The notes beneath the pieces are model-generated. The model worked only from the letters and a program-made list of their open reading frames with translations, was not told the origin of the DNA and made no database searches. Source: Tetramitus jugosus (taxonomy: Eukaryota > Protista > Heterolobosea). From it: a stretch of DNA of 64,000 bases. A program made the translations under genes and the position numbers. Of this stretch, positions 21,531 to 31,903 are shown piece after piece (position 1 is the first letter of the stretch; each line of letters begins with the position of its first letter). The stretch lies in assembly GCA_937625935.1 (NCBI GenBank), contig OW569350.1, forward strand, positions 372,001 through 436,000, written 5' to 3'.

Positions 21531-24224
21531 TTAGTTGGATTCTGATTCTGTCTCTTCTTCCCTCGAATACTGAAGTCCACAGATTTCAGGGCATGGAGGG
21601 CAGGTGGTGCCGTGGTTAGAAGTGAATCCAAAGATGTAGCTCTTGGAAGAACTAACAGTTTGTGGTACTCTTGCTACTTCCCTCGTGTTCATTAACATTC
21701 TCAAACCATCCTTTGCCAAAGTAATTTGAATAGTCATGGGTGAACTTGCTTCGATTCCAAGATTCCTGTCTTTGATCACTTGACCGGCAAATGAGTAACT
21801 GAGCCTCACCCTCTCGTCTGCTCCTCTGGAAATCTCAATCCACAACAATTGTTCTTTGGCGAGCACTTCCGGAATCATTAAAGTCGAGTAGCCACGATCA
21901 TGCAACTGAATACACAATGGCGCGCACTGTGGGTCTTGAGGGAAGCGGACAGAAATGTCAATTTTCAGTTTTTGTTCGAGGTTTAGCTTCTCTTTGAGCC
22001 ACACAGCTCCCTTTGAGTCCAACTCCCCTCTCAACAAAGAAATACCATCGAGGCTTTCATGAGCTTCTCCAAGTATGAGCAAACGTTCTCTATTGAGAGG
22101 AACATTGAACTTACCAGAGTTGGTTGCTATTGCTGGTGTTTCGTTATCCAAGAAGTTGTAAGGTACTTCGTAAAAGTCATGAGGAACAATCTTCTTGTTC
22201 TTATGATTTCGCAAGTACTTGATTTGTTCGGAGATCTCAATGAATTCTTGTGCTACATTTCGTCCCACTGTTTCGAATAGTATTCTGCGATCTTTAAGGA
22301 AAACAGATGATGCACCCTCGGCAATCACATCGAAAGCTAGACTGTACAGCATGTGTAAGTTGTATCTCTTTGCCACGTCAATGATAAATATGCATGTTCG
22401 TAGAGAGAACTCATTAAATTTGTTACATAGATATTGCTGGCATTGGAACAGTAGTAGATCAATACCAAAGAATCCAGCAACATTGATGAGTTCAAGAATA
22501 CTATCGGGAGATAATACACTCAAATCGTTTCGTCTCGTATGAACCCATTCGTCAATGTACATGAATACAGCCTCAGTGGCCTGTTCAATGTGTGAATCAA
22601 CGTTAATAAGAACCTTAATGTTGTCTTCCGTATCATCTCCTCTACACTCGTACAGATCTCTAACAAAAGTGGAGCAACAGTGCCAGGCAATACCATGAGA
22701 CTGCACCTTCTTTTCGGTTTTGTTAAAATTAAATTGAATATCAAAAAATTCGTCTCTTTTCCATGAGTCAATCGAAGGATTCAACACACGGCTATTCTCT
22801 CCCAGAAGTGTTTTAAAATCCTGGAGCAATTGCTTATCTCTTGGCTCCACGGACGAATAAATATATGTCAGGAGGCTTGATGCTTCATTCGAATCTAGAG
22901 CTACATGTATGCGATTCGTTTCATCAATCAATTTCAAGAGAGCTGGGGCTCTGTTTGCGAGAATAATCTTATGTGCTGGAATTTCCTCTTGGTCGCTTGT
23001 AACTATCTTACAATCGCTCCATTCCTCCTTCAACATCGCGTACCTATAAAGATCTCGGTTAAGAGATGCTGTTCTTGCTTCGACAGTGTTTCTAATCACA
23101 TTCACAAATGATAGATCGATTTGCAAGAGTTCGTTGTTGTCGCCTGCGACAGGTGATACGTAAAACTTTGGTAGATCAATTCCGTTCCTGCGAAGTGAGA
23201 ACACTTGAAGAGTCTCTTTATCAAATAATGCCAAAGTAGCAGGTGTTTGCACAGAAATTGTACTAATACTCCTTGTTGTGCAATCATACATGAACACCCT
23301 TGAAGATGTGAATATGATTGCTGTATTCTGGTCAAACTTTATCGGATGATAGAAGTGAATCAAGTTCGAATGACTTGACCAATGACTGATCTGCAACTGA
23401 ACAATATCATTCTTGTCGAAAGGAGTCAATTTGGTTGAATTTTCAGACACTTGCAATACACCGTCACTCGACACGATGAGCACACTCTGTCCAATGACGA
23501 CAGTCTGTTGACGTGCTGAAGACGTTCTTCGATATGACGATACCAATCGATGAATATATCGCTCCAAGGTCATTCTCCCAAGATCAATCTCACCATAAGA
23601 GAAAAACGTGCCATCTTCTCCACTCTGCTCCACCAACGCATACAGAGCATTTTCTCTGGGACTGTACACTGGAATGACGCGCAAAGTTTTGGCGGCGTAT
23701 ATCGTTGCTTTGTTGCCGTATGCCAGCTTGTGCTGAGAAACGGCAAATGTGCGCCGATCGAGCACAAAAACGACATGGGTCGATCGAGTGAACACGGGCA
23801 CACCAAACAAATAAATGGTGTCATCATTCTGAAACACTTCAAATCGATTGACACCAACTGACTGACAATCATACATGGATACGACTCGATCACAACTCAC
23901 CACATCAATCATCACTTCGGACTCAAAGTGTCGATTCATCAAATCCTCTGTGCTCTCATCAAAGAACAAGCTCTGATCCCGATTCAAATGCACCTTCATG
24001 TCATACACGTTGAAGAATTGGCCAGAGATTACGTTTGGAATTTCAAACACGTAATATTCATTGAATGAACCCTTCTTGTGCACAATGTTCAAATATCCCT
24101 CCTTGTTGTAAAATGTGTGTTTACAACTGGATTTGAAGTGGAGTCGGGATAAATTGAACAATACTCCTTCGAGTGCTGTTCGTGTGCCACCCGAGCTGCT
24201 GCTATTGTTATCGTCTTGGGACAT
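21531..24224 (-). CDS. Beta-rich N-terminus + tandem BTB (+BACK) + ConA/L-lectin-like C-terminal domain protein
   Basis: BTB1 SDCKIV...IPAHKIILANRAP...LLTYIYS; BTB2 FDIQF...VQSHGIAW; C-terminal KGAVWLKEKLNL...YIFGFTS resembles L-type lectins. ATG at 24224. Confidence 0.7.
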   Translation of the reverse strand: MSQDDNNSSSSGGTRTALEGVLFNLSRLHFKSSCKHTFYNKEGYLNIVHKKGSFNEYYVFEIPNVISGQFFNVYDMKVHLNRDQSLFFDESTEDLMNRHFESEVMIDVVSCDRVVSMYDCQSVGVNRFEVFQNDDTIYLFGVPVFTRSTHVVFVLDRRTFAVSQHKLAYGNKATIYAAKTLRVIPVYSPRENALYALVEQSGEDGTFFSYGEIDLGRMTLERYIHRLVSSYRRTSSARQQTVVIGQSVLIVSSDGVLQVSENSTKLTPFDKNDIVQLQISHWSSHSNLIHFYHPIKFDQNTAIIFTSSRVFMYDCTTRSISTISVQTPATLALFDKETLQVFSLRRNGIDLPKFYVSPVAGDNNELLQIDLSFVNVIRNTVEARTASLNRDLYRYAMLKEEWSDCKIVTSDQEEIPAHKIILANRAPALLKLIDETNRIHVALDSNEASSLLTYIYSSVEPRDKQLLQDFKTLLGENSRVLNPSIDSWKRDEFFDIQFNFNKTEKKVQSHGIAWHCCSTFVRDLYECRGDDTEDNIKVLINVDSHIEQATEAVFMYIDEWVHTRRNDLSVLSPDSILELINVAGFFGIDLLLFQCQQYLCNKFNEFSLRTCIFIIDVAKRYNLHMLYSLAFDVIAEGASSVFLKDRRILFETVGRNVAQEFIEISEQIKYLRNHKNKKIVPHDFYEVPYNFLDNETPAIATNSGKFNVPLNRERLLILGEAHESLDGISLLRGELDSKGAVWLKEKLNLEQKLKIDISVRFPQDPQCAPLCIQLHDRGYSTLMIPEVLAKEQLLWIEISRGADERVRLSYSFAGQVIKDRNLGIEASSPMTIQITLAKDGLRMLMNTREVARVPQTVSSSKSYIFGFTSNHGTTCPPCPEICGLQYSREEETESESN

Positions 24225-24686
24225 ACTTGTTGATTGAATATGCGATTGTTGGTTGTTGAGTTGTTGTTCTTTGGGTGAACTGGTTCCCGAATGTTCTGTG
24301 CGGAATCTGTGGTTTTTCTGCTTGACGTTTGAGTGACGTTTGTGGTCGAGTTTGATCTTCAAGCGCCATGGGTCATGTTATAGATGATTGATCATCATAC
24401 AAGTTACTTTAGGATTGACCTGACAATGATTGACAAACCTCAATAGAGGTTGTGATTGACATCTGCAGGCTCTAGCGGACAATTCCATAGTTCTCAGCAA
24501 CTTAAAAATACTTACCGCCGGCGCCTGATTTTTCTTCTGGCTAGTGATATCCTTGGAGGTCAATTTATAATTGAATACTTGGCACAGGGACTATGGATGA
24601 CACCCTTAACATCTTATTTTTGTTTCTTTATATTTGCATCTGAGTAAAACAGAAACATAACCCGACAGAACACGGCAATATTTTGG

Positions 24687-26270
24687 ATGAAGATAGTGAT
24701 TGAAGATTGCACTGAGTGTGATAGTAAAGCTGAGAGTACTACTCCTATTGGCATCAATGTTAATAGAACTCGAACCAGTTCTAACATAACTCCTAAAACT
24801 CCAATACACTGGAACAAAAGGAGTGGTTTCAGTCCCTGCAGCGGTGCAGGTGACCTTGGCCCCAACGACTACAGAAACATGTTTATCCATACACTCACTA
24901 CCAGCAACTGCAATAGAGTAAACAGTGGAATCACAGGACTCAGAATTAAAACCAAATCTGTATCAAGTGTGAGGACCCCAATGAGTAGTGTTTCGTTTCA
25001 ACAAGAGGAAGAAATCATCGAAGAAGAAGTGGTGTTGTGTGATGATGTCATTCGAAACATACTCTTATTTTTGGATTTACCTTCAGTTCTTTCGTTTCGA
25101 TTGGTTAACAGCGAGAGTTGCTTCCTATCCACGTACAACCATCAATACTGGCAGACTGTATCCTCACAAAGGTTTGACAAGATGATAGCTCCCAGTGCTA
25201 GCGCTTTCCAAGAGCTAATCTATTTGTTTCAAATGCACAGAAGAAACGTGGAGAGATGTAATCAGAACTTGAAACGATTAAGTATAGTGGAACCATTTCA
25301 AAAATTGAATAGAGTAACCTATGGTGTACTTTGCCCGAGCTTGTTCGCCATGGGATTGACGTTTGTATCCGTTGTATGGCCACTGCTGATGGATGGGACC
25401 ATTCAGAGTACACAACATATGATTAGGATGTTGTTCATTCCTGTAGCACTGTTAGTGCTTTTGCCATACATGATTATGGTTATTTGCTTGACGGTGGACG
25501 CTTTCGTGTTTCATCCATTAAAGAGCTCCCTCATTGAATCAGGATTGCCCAAAGGAGTGAAGAAAGACTCTTTATTTTTAGAGAAGAACAACGTGAGAGA
25601 TGTGAGAGCGAGACATGTCATCACAATGGGTGTGTGGGCACTCTGTGGTATCCCTATCCAAATCACAGCTTTCTTTATCCGTTACATGGCAAATTTTTCG
25701 AGCACTAGTGCATTTTGTATTCCTCAGTACCTCATTACATTGATGTTTATCGCTCTACCAATGATGAATCATGTGAGTGTTTATCTTCAAGCCAGTCGGA
25801 ATAAGGAACGAACAGAGAAGCGAAAAATCTATGGATTAATGATATTTGTGCACTTACTTGGAGTGATGTTCAACTTGTGTTTTGCTCTGCAAATTGGATT
25901 ATTGTGTGCCCAGATTGATGGACTGATGCCTCCAAACACAGCTTGGTTGGCTTTGTTCGCTCCCTCGTGGGCCTTCTGCACTGCTCTATTCTTCAGCACC
26001 ATCGGATATAGTATCATTCTATGGGGTAGAGGAAAGAGGTCTCTGACATCAATCAGCATATTCTTGGCCTTAATAGTCATGGCATTTATGTTTGTGTTTA
26101 TGTCACTCGGAACGATTCTTCTCGGCTTGAGATTGGATGGAATACTGGCTTCTGCGTATTTCATAACTTCGATACCCATTTTCTTTGGAGTAATGATCTC
26201 CGTGCCGGTTGCTCTCATGTTCAGTATCACATGCTGCATGTTTTCATTCAACCAGAAGTTCTACTTTTGA
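24687..26270 (+). CDS. F-box protein with a multi-pass TMEM185/TMEM60-like membrane domain
   Basis: F-box LCDDVIRNILLFLDLPSVLSFRLVNS; about 8 hydrophobic helices with repeated LMDG/QIDG/RLDG...P motifs. Confidence 0.7.
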   Translation: MKIVIEDCTECDSKAESTTPIGINVNRTRTSSNITPKTPIHWNKRSGFSPCSGAGDLGPNDYRNMFIHTLTTSNCNRVNSGITGLRIKTKSVSSVRTPMSSVSFQQEEEIIEEEVVLCDDVIRNILLFLDLPSVLSFRLVNSESCFLSTYNHQYWQTVSSQRFDKMIAPSASAFQELIYLFQMHRRNVERCNQNLKRLSIVEPFQKLNRVTYGVLCPSLFAMGLTFVSVVWPLLMDGTIQSTQHMIRMLFIPVALLVLLPYMIMVICLTVDAFVFHPLKSSLIESGLPKGVKKDSLFLEKNNVRDVRARHVITMGVWALCGIPIQITAFFIRYMANFSSTSAFCIPQYLITLMFIALPMMNHVSVYLQASRNKERTEKRKIYGLMIFVHLLGVMFNLCFALQIGLLCAQIDGLMPPNTAWLALFAPSWAFCTALFFSTIGYSIILWGRGKRSLTSISIFLALIVMAFMFVFMSLGTILLGLRLDGILASAYFITSIPIFFGVMISVPVALMFSITCCMFSFNQKFYF

Positions 26271-26622
26271 GTCTGAAAGCATCCAACGATTGTATTTCAA
26301 AACTTTTCCATAAAGTTCTAGTTTGTAAAAGTCGGATAATTATTTTTTTCTGATCGTGTGTCACCGGGTTGACAATTTACGGTCGCAAAGGCGTCATCCA
26401 TCATCATCGGTCACATTTTGTTTTGATGTTCCAAAACACAACCCTCGAATTGAAAACAGGGAACTCTCTCCTTATCGACAAAGAGCAATAAAAAGAGCAC
26501 CCCTATCGCTTCACATCCCCAAAACAAAAACCCAAAAAAACAATCCAACAACAAACAACACGCAACATCCATAACAACAAACAGGAAATCACGACAAAAA
26601 CAACAACCACAACATCATTCCA

Positions 26623-27597
26623 ATGACAACAGATATCAGCTCTCTTCAAGCTCAAATCGACCAACTCTCATCCGAACTCTATGGAAAATCTCCGCTCATC
26701 ATTTCTCCGCCTGTCAACCCAATCGACCAACTGAGCGCCAAGCAAAAAGAACATTTACAGCAATTTCAAAAAACTGTTCTCAATGAGCTCTGGCCTCAAA
26801 TTCAACAATCTTCATCCTCTTCGTCATCATCATCGTCATCATCATCAGCTGACCACAAGAAACAAGCTTCACACGATGACCTTGTTCAACAACTCAACAA
26901 CCCATTGACCTACTATCGGTACCTCAAGGGCTACAACTGGGACGAAAAGCTCGCCACTGAAAAAATCAAGTACATGATGGAGTTTCGCATGAGAGAGCAC
27001 CCTATTGCCTTCCGTATGCAGCAACTACAGCTCATTGGTCGAACTCAATTCATCTACTTGTTTGGTTATGACAAGTGCTTGAGACCTACCATTTATGTCA
27101 ACATGAAACAAATTGACAAGGTGCCCAACTGGGACAGTGAAGAAAATTTGTTGATGCTGTTCCGTTATGTAGTGTATGTGACTGAGGTTGCCATTGAGAG
27201 AATGGCTCAAGTTCATCCTCACGTGTTTCAAGCCAATTGGATCATTGATATGAATGATGCAAGTCTAGGGTTGAGCACAGTCAAGAAGGCAAAAGATGTG
27301 TTTTTGCAGTTGGGTGATATTCATCCTGAGAGATTGTTTTCTGCAGTCATTTGTAACACTGGATGGACGTTGAATATTTTGTGGAATTTTATAAAATATT
27401 TGTTGACGGAGGAATCGATTGTAAAGTACAAGTTTGTCAGGAAGGGCAACGATGCGGAGTTGAAGAAGATTGTATCGGACATGATTGATATGCAGTACAT
27501 GTTGGAGCATGTGGGAGGTCCTGTGAAGAATCCGTACAGTGTCGACAAGATTATTCAGTTGGAAAAGTGGAAGGATGAATTGAGACAGTTGCAATAA
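26623..27597 (+). CDS. CRAL-TRIO (Sec14-like) lipid-binding protein
   Basis: RYLKGYNWD, GYDKCLRPTIY, WIIDM, HPERL, HVGG. Confidence 0.9.
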   Translation: MTTDISSLQAQIDQLSSELYGKSPLIISPPVNPIDQLSAKQKEHLQQFQKTVLNELWPQIQQSSSSSSSSSSSSSADHKKQASHDDLVQQLNNPLTYYRYLKGYNWDEKLATEKIKYMMEFRMREHPIAFRMQQLQLIGRTQFIYLFGYDKCLRPTIYVNMKQIDKVPNWDSEENLLMLFRYVVYVTEVAIERMAQVHPHVFQANWIIDMNDASLGLSTVKKAKDVFLQLGDIHPERLFSAVICNTGWTLNILWNFIKYLLTEESIVKYKFVRKGNDAELKKIVSDMIDMQYMLEHVGGPVKNPYSVDKIIQLEKWKDELRQLQ

Positions 27598-27710
27598 TTG
27601 TAGTAAAATGTTGTGAGTTCCCTCCAGAAATTAGATAAACATGCACGAGTTGTTTTATATTTTTTGTAAGCAAAGAAGAAAAATATTTTTGGTGCAATAC
27701 AATTTTTTGT

Positions 27711-29534
27711 TTAGGCCATTTTATTTACTAATTGTTGTTGAATGAGGGTGCTTACACTTTTGTTTTCAAGAATCCTGATCAATTGAGGTGCAATCTGACG
27801 TTCTTTGCACACTTTCGAATCCGTGTATTCACAGAGAGCGAGCAATGTGCGATAATCCCGAAAGTCTCCACCAAATGCTCCACGTGCGGGATACCCCCAT
27901 TTCTTGGTATATTCCACTATGTGTTCTTCGAGTGGTATGCGCTTATGATTGTTTTCCTTGCTGAGCAATGGAATCACATGGGGTCGAAGTTGATCATTTG
28001 TGAGCAAGGGAGACAAAGCATGGAAAGTTGTATTCACTCGGACCAGATCATGAATGATCGTATTCCCGGTGTCATTCGTGGTTCCAATGTCCATCTTCAT
28101 TTCATTCACCAGAAACAGTACAATCTCGAGCATAAAGAGATCGATTTGCTGGGATGATGAACCATACAAATTTTTCCAAAAGCTAAACCAACGAAATAAG
28201 AAATCATCTCCCTCCATAACCCTTTCATCCAAATCGAGTTGACAGTACTCCACCATGGTTTTAATTATGGATTTGAGATTGGTGGGTGATTCAATGTTCA
28301 ACTGAGAGAAAAACATGGACAAGAACTTGTTGCCCAGGCCTTCGAGAGAATAGGGCTCCTGTACTGATTTTCTAAATCGATAAATGTGAGGTGCCAAACA
28401 TGACAATGCCTCATGGTTCAATCGAAAGCTAACATATGCCTCCAATGGCATATCCACAACCGTTTCCGTAATGTCTAGAGCCGAATCCATCTCATGTTCA
28501 CTCAGCAAAGACACAACGTACTTTAACAGATCGTTCTCAATGTTTTGACTATCATGCAGACAAAACATGAGAATGGTCGTGGACATTGCCGATCGTTCTC
28601 TGTTCTCTGCATTGACCACGTTCAATGCCGAAAAGAAACAATTTCGAGCCAGATTCGCATTCACCGGACTTCCCAATTGTCCAAACTCAAATGATTCATA
28701 AATGCGAATACCACACTCAATAAAAAGTGGCAATAAATCGCGTAGTAACCACCATGAATACTGCATCTTCTTTTGTTGCTCCTGTCGCTCGAATTGTTGT
28801 GTTCTGCAATACTTGCGATACAATTTACAAAACAATGCCAAAACATCAGAATGAACACTGGGCGCACTCTTAATTACATCCAATTCTTGTCGTTTTTTAC
28901 TTTTGCTCCTTTCCTTTTCATCATTTTCATTCTTGTTTTTCATGAGATATTGTACTCTTTTATCGGCCATTAGCAATTCCCTTAACGTTTGCAATACAAT
29001 GGGCTTCTTTTTTTGATACGTTATAGAACTGTCCAATGGTAAGAAAGACCTCAAGTAGACTTCCATTGCCGTGCGTCTATTAACGCAATAGTTTTGTGAA
29101 AACCATTGCTTGACACACTCACGCTTCAACAAGATTGACAAATTCAAATCCTGTCGTTGTTTGCATGTGCGAGTCAAGTCTTTAATCAATGATTTTTCGA
29201 GGGTCATACTGTACAGGCAACATTTCCACAATCTACTCATTCTACTGTTCAACATTAATCGATACCAATGAGAATTGGCCATGGAGAGGTGAATAACAGC
29301 TTGAATATTTTCAAAGAGGAATGCTTCATTGTGGAATTGAGCGTTGAGGTCCATGAATCCATCAATATCTTTCACAGCTGTTGTTGGCTGCAGTGTAGTT
29401 GTATTGGGGAGGTCAACTTCATCGTTATTGGTGTTAGTTGGTGTGGGATCGAAAAAAACAACAAGAAAATTGAGAATGTGGAGTTTGCTCTCGTTGGGCA
29501 ATTGACTGAAAAGAGATGGCGTTGTTGTGGTCAT
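27711..29534 (-). CDS. Divergent F-box-like protein with a C-terminal ankyrin-like repeat
   Basis: LFSQLPNESKLHILNFL...LSMANSHW (F-box with insertion); NDTGNTIIHDL...NNHKRIPLE (ankyrin-like). Confidence 0.55.
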   Translation of the reverse strand: MTTTTPSLFSQLPNESKLHILNFLVVFFDPTPTNTNNDEVDLPNTTTLQPTTAVKDIDGFMDLNAQFHNEAFLFENIQAVIHLSMANSHWYRLMLNSRMSRLWKCCLYSMTLEKSLIKDLTRTCKQRQDLNLSILLKRECVKQWFSQNYCVNRRTAMEVYLRSFLPLDSSITYQKKKPIVLQTLRELLMADKRVQYLMKNKNENDEKERSKSKKRQELDVIKSAPSVHSDVLALFCKLYRKYCRTQQFERQEQQKKMQYSWWLLRDLLPLFIECGIRIYESFEFGQLGSPVNANLARNCFFSALNVVNAENRERSAMSTTILMFCLHDSQNIENDLLKYVVSLLSEHEMDSALDITETVVDMPLEAYVSFRLNHEALSCLAPHIYRFRKSVQEPYSLEGLGNKFLSMFFSQLNIESPTNLKSIIKTMVEYCQLDLDERVMEGDDFLFRWFSFWKNLYGSSSQQIDLFMLEIVLFLVNEMKMDIGTTNDTGNTIIHDLVRVNTTFHALSPLLTNDQLRPHVIPLLSKENNHKRIPLEEHIVEYTKKWGYPARGAFGGDFRDYRTLLALCEYTDSKVCKERQIAPQLIRILENKSVSTLIQQQLVNKMA

Positions 29535-29660
29535 TTTGTGTGAGGTGGTGTTTGTTCTGGACTAGAGGTGCCACGAAGTAAAAGTATGTCCGGAGGAGAA
29601 ACAATTCACCTTCCAACACGAATCAGGAACTCCGAATACACGATAAGATAGATATCATCA

Positions 29661-29732
29661 AGCATTTTGGTGCAGCGGTTGGCGCGACGGTCTCATAACC
29701 CGTCAGTCCCAGGATCGACCTGGGAATTGATA
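29661..29732 (+). pseudogene. Degenerate initiator tRNA-Met(CAT)
   Basis: AGCA start, TGGTGCAGCGG A-box, CTCATAA loop and GGATCGA (initiator-type T loop). The T loop is shortened and the acceptor and anticodon stems carry mismatches. Confidence 0.7.
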
Positions 29733-30246
29733 AGGAGATTCAACATATTTTCAATGCGTTTAGCTCAATTAATAAGGGACCTTATTGTGCACCTCTTGGA
29801 ACTTTCAAGCGAGAACTTCCACCGAACCACAATAATTCTTTTTGGACAACAATGATCTGGGTGCAATAAATTTGAGGGGATGAGAGCAACAACCTATTGC
29901 AGAGCAGAACACAAGTCCTTCATCTACTTCTTTTCGCAGTTCAGCCTGTTCAAAACAGGTGTGTGGTTAGGAGCCAAAAGCCTGGCATCCGCCACATCAA
30001 TCTAATAAACAGAAGAAAACCTTCATCGTTCAAGTCCCTTTGTGCGAATTACTTTGCCCTTTTACTAATTCGTCCAACTTCGTTCTTACTTTGTCATCGT
30101 TCCATCGGTTGGTAACCCTCGAACAACATATGAACCATTCTCTAATTGTCACATGGCATCTTCAAGTCAAAGCGACTTGACTTCCCTAGCGTTCCCTAAT
30201 TTGGATTCATTCGTTGCAACAATAAAATGATCATCATCTTGAATTT

Positions 30247-31563
30247 CTAAGAGCTATTGATAGTTGTTTTATTACGCTTATTTGGCACAAAAGGCATGGC
30301 CGCACCAAAGAATGCATAATGCAACTCGGCTGGTGATTGCTCATTGTCACTCGTGAGCGAAGATGCCACATCTGCCATGACCATATCCGAATAATTTCTC
30401 TTCATTGGATTCTCATTCTCCGCAGCACCAACATGTGTAGCAGTGGTGGATCGACGGAAATGATCACTCGATAATTGGAACGTGAATGGATTTTGTTGTT
30501 GTTGCTGCTGTTGTTGTTGTTGAGAGGAGAATTGAGAGGCTGGGGCTGAATCGAACACGAATCGAAGACTATTGTTTGTGTGATTATTGTGATGATTACT
30601 CGTCGTACTCGATGACCGATGATTGTTGTTCATGTGAGGTTGATGATGATGATTGCTAGTGGTGGTAGTGGTGCTAGATGATGGTGTGCCGTTGTTGTTA
30701 CTGACTAATGACGATGATAAAGTAGAAGAAGAAGAAGAAGATGATGGTTGCGAGTTGTTCGAATTGAATGGATTCCATGATTGGAAAGTAGTTGATGTCG
30801 CATTGTACAAGTGTTGTTGTTGAGGATGGTGGTGGTGTTGATTGGTGCTAGAGGATGATGGTATTGACGAATTGTTGTTGTTGTTGTGTTTGTTTCCTAT
30901 AATCGTCAGTGATGGTGATTGTCGACAATTCACAGTATGATGAGATGTACTACTACTACTGCTGCTACTGTTATGATTGGTTCGTGTTGGTATCATTGAT
31001 GAACTAATAGATGAATCAAATGGTGATGATTGATGAGAAACAAGAGATTCCAATGGAGAGGAATCTAGAGTAGGTGTGGTATTGGTAGATGTAGATGCTA
31101 TTGTTGCAACTTCTCTTGTTGTGTGAAAAGAAGACATGTCATCATCGTCTTCATCTTCTTCAGATTCACAGATCGAATTGGACGATGAAGAAGAAGATGA
31201 TGATGAAATGGAAGAAGAAGAAGAAGCAGAGGATAATGATGATGGTGATGAAGGAGTCAAGGGCGATACTTCTGATGATGATGCTGTGGAAGCTTGTGAT
31301 GGTCCAATCACTGTTTTGCCCTTTTCTTTTGTAATGACTTCTTGTTGCATCAAATAAACGAAATTCAATAGAAAATCAATTGAAATCATGGAATGATTGG
31401 ACGCCTTGTGACTCAATAACATTTCATTCAATCGATCCAATGTTTTTTTCACGCCTTGATTGTAAGCTTTTCGGTTCTGTTGAAGCGTGTTCATGTAGAA
31501 TTGTGTCAGTGTGTTGGCCGTGAGGCAGAATTGACTCTTGAGTTGACTTTCAATTTGTTCCAT
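30247..31563 (-). CDS. HAPSTR1/C16orf72-like N-terminal domain with long S/H/N/Q low-complexity region
   Basis: LKSQFCLTANTLTQFY...KAYNQG...LDRL matches the F-x-x-A-A-x-x-[VL]-x-x-L-Y helix of this family; C-terminal KRNK NLS-like motif. Confidence 0.6.
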   Translation of the reverse strand: MEQIESQLKSQFCLTANTLTQFYMNTLQQNRKAYNQGVKKTLDRLNEMLLSHKASNHSMISIDFLLNFVYLMQQEVITKEKGKTVIGPSQASTASSSEVSPLTPSSPSSLSSASSSSSISSSSSSSSSNSICESEEDEDDDDMSSFHTTREVATIASTSTNTTPTLDSSPLESLVSHQSSPFDSSISSSMIPTRTNHNSSSSSSSTSHHTVNCRQSPSLTIIGNKHNNNNNSSIPSSSSTNQHHHHPQQQHLYNATSTTFQSWNPFNSNNSQPSSSSSSSTLSSSLVSNNNGTPSSSTTTTTSNHHHQPHMNNNHRSSSTTSNHHNNHTNNSLRFVFDSAPASQFSSQQQQQQQQQQNPFTFQLSSDHFRRSTTATHVGAAENENPMKRNYSDMVMADVASSLTSDNEQSPAELHYAFFGAAMPFVPNKRNKTTINSS

Positions 31564-31903
31564 GGTTGTTGATGAATACTGGTGTCTCTGATCTCAAAAG
31601 GGTGTTTTTTGACGAAGCTTTTTTTTCTGTCAGAAGTTTGAGCAAATGATTCCAAATTTTGCTGGATCTCTCGTTTGCGACCTTCAAGAACGACGTTGAA
31701 ACAAACAGTTTCGCGCAGAAAAATCTACGGCAAATTTTCACTCCGCATTGACCAAATTGCGGAGATGGACTAATCCAAAAATAATCCGTTTTTGATTTGA
31801 AGAAAATCTTCTGGTGCGAAACGCATACCTCACAAGAAAAACCAAAGCAAAAAGCAATCACTGTAATATTAAGCTACAACAACTCACCACCATTATCATT
31901 ATT

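Noticed and set aside
24508-24516. ATACTTACC, identical to the U1 snRNA 5' end
   Set aside because: No U1-70K loop (GATCACGAAG), U1A loop (ATTGCAC) or Sm site follows. It is just the complement of a splice-donor-like sequence.
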